This document shows positions 62,985 to 64,000 of a DNA stretch of 64,000 nt, in pieces. The notes under the pieces are model-generated. The model was not told the DNA's origin. It saw only the letters and a list, made by a program, of their open reading frames with translations, and did no database searches. The stretch is from Bdellovibrionales bacterium (lineage in GTDB: Bacteria > Bdellovibrionota > Bdellovibrionia > Bdellovibrionales > UBA1609), in assembly GCA_965219095.1 (NCBI GenBank), contig CBDCMT010000001.1, positions 2,304,001 through 2,368,000 of the forward strand, written 5' to 3'. The position numbers and the translations under genes were made by a program. Every line of letters begins with the position of its first letter. Within the stretch, counting starts at the first letter, position 1.

Positions 62985-63041
62985 ACTTTTTTACATGAGA
63001 ATAATACTTCATTCTCATCTAAAAAAGTTTGCTCTATCTTT

Positions 63042-64000
63042 TTATGGCCTTGTCTTCTTGCGACCTTCTTGCATAGCAAAACGTTCAAACTCACCGTACT
63101 CATGGAGCTTATTATAAAGTGTTTTAATGGTAATACCTAAAGCATTAGCCACTTGAGTTTTATTGCACTTAAAGTAAGTAAGAGCTTGAAGAATGTATTG
63201 TCTTTCTAATTCTGCAAGAGTTATAGAAGAATCATACTCCACTAGATAAAACCTCTCAGAATCTATGGTCTGATTTTTCACAATCTCATAAGGTAAGTGT
63301 TCAAGACGAATAGTACTATTGCTTTCGCAAGTAACATGAAGCCGTTCACACAAATTTTGAAGCTCACGAACATTTCCTGGCCATTTGTATTCTTCTAGAA
63401 CTCTATAAACTTTAGAATCAACTTTTAAACAAGGAGAGATAACTTGACTTCCCTTGGCTTTTTGAGACATAAAGAAATTAAAAAGAGGCTTAATATCCTC
63501 TCTACGACGACGCAGAGGACTTGTTTTTAAAACAATAGTGTTAATGCGATAAAATAAATCTTCACGAAATTGACTGACTTCAACTTCTTTTTCCAAGGCT
63601 TTATTTGTGGCACTAATCAAGCGAATATCAACTTTTAAAAGCTCTTTTCCTCCAACACGATAAAATTCACCGCTTTGCAAAAATCGAAGAAGTTTACTTT
63701 GAATTCCAAGACTAAGTTCTCCCACTTCATCTAAAAATAAAGTTCCTTGATGAGCTTTTTCTACAAAACCTACTTTTTGACTATAAGCTCCTGTAAAGGC
63801 ACCTTTTTCATGTCCAAAGAGTTCACTTTCTAATAAAGATTCCTGAAGAGTCCCACAGTTGACCATAATAAAGGGAGCTTTTTTTCTATTAGAACTCTCA
63901 TGGAGGGTTTGAGCGATTAACTCTTTTCCTGTACCACTTTCTCCTAAAATAAGAACAGAAGATTGAGAGGCTGCCATTTTATAAACCATACCCAAAAGAC
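63042..64000 (-). CDS. sigma-54-dependent transcriptional activator (5' end outside the window)
   Basis: GESGTGKE, GAFTGA, FLDE, WPGNVREL and a C-terminal Fis-type HTH. Confidence 0.95.
   Translation of the reverse strand, partial: LLGMVYKMAASQSSVLILGESGTGKELIAQTLHESSNRKKAPFIMVNCGTLQESLLESELFGHEKGAFTGAYSQKVGFVEKAHQGTLFLDEVGELSLGIQSKLLRFLQSGEFYRVGGKELLKVDIRLISATNKALEKEVEVSQFREDLFYRINTIVLKTSPLRRRREDIKPLFNFFMSQKAKGSQVISPCLKVDSKVYRVLEEYKWPGNVRELQNLCERLHVTCESNSTIRLEHLPYEIVKNQTIDSERFYLVEYDSSITLAELERQYILQALTYFKCNKTQVANALGITIKTLYNKLHEYGEFERFAMQEGRKKTRP

Noticed and set aside
1..64000. tRNA, rRNA, tmRNA or SRP RNA genes
   Set aside because: No cloverleaf or conserved signature found by eye; GTTCGA hits at 47284 and 47317 lack flanking stems. 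A covariance-model scan would be needed to exclude them fully.

Overview
AT-rich bacterial chromosomal window. It most likely comes from a Bdellovibrionota-like organism; this is inferred from a Bdellovibrio-type PilA homologue, a nuoB-CD-E-F-G-I cluster without the membrane arm and a PilZ-like protein. Intact housekeeping blocks are nuoB-I, mgtE-recO-OMP, xerC, membrane pyrophosphatase, rplX-rpmB/rpsR, smc-ftsY-Na/Pi transporter, tilS-ftsH, aapJQMP, clpB and a sigma-54 activator. These alternate with insertion-sequence graveyards that make up roughly 20 kb, about 30% of the window by my coordinate tally. At least seven IS families (ISL3, IS1634, IS66, IS630, IS3, IS256, ISAzo13, plus IS5-like scraps) occur as nested insertions with readable target-site duplications (TSDs), internally deleted derivatives and terminal-repeat-only scars. 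The most notable observations are: both type IV pilin genes are hit by IS elements, including an unannotated shattered pilA; an unannotated ~170-nt rod-like structured RNA candidate lies upstream of xerC; there is an IS630 fold-back with an ~820-bp inverted duplication joined by microhomology; pseudogenes show an excess of +1 frameshifts; an SPL-like radical SAM gene is paired with a nucleosidase-like gene; and MgtE lacks its selectivity aspartate. I found no rRNA, tRNA or CRISPR array, and I cannot establish a novel multi-gene system with confidence.
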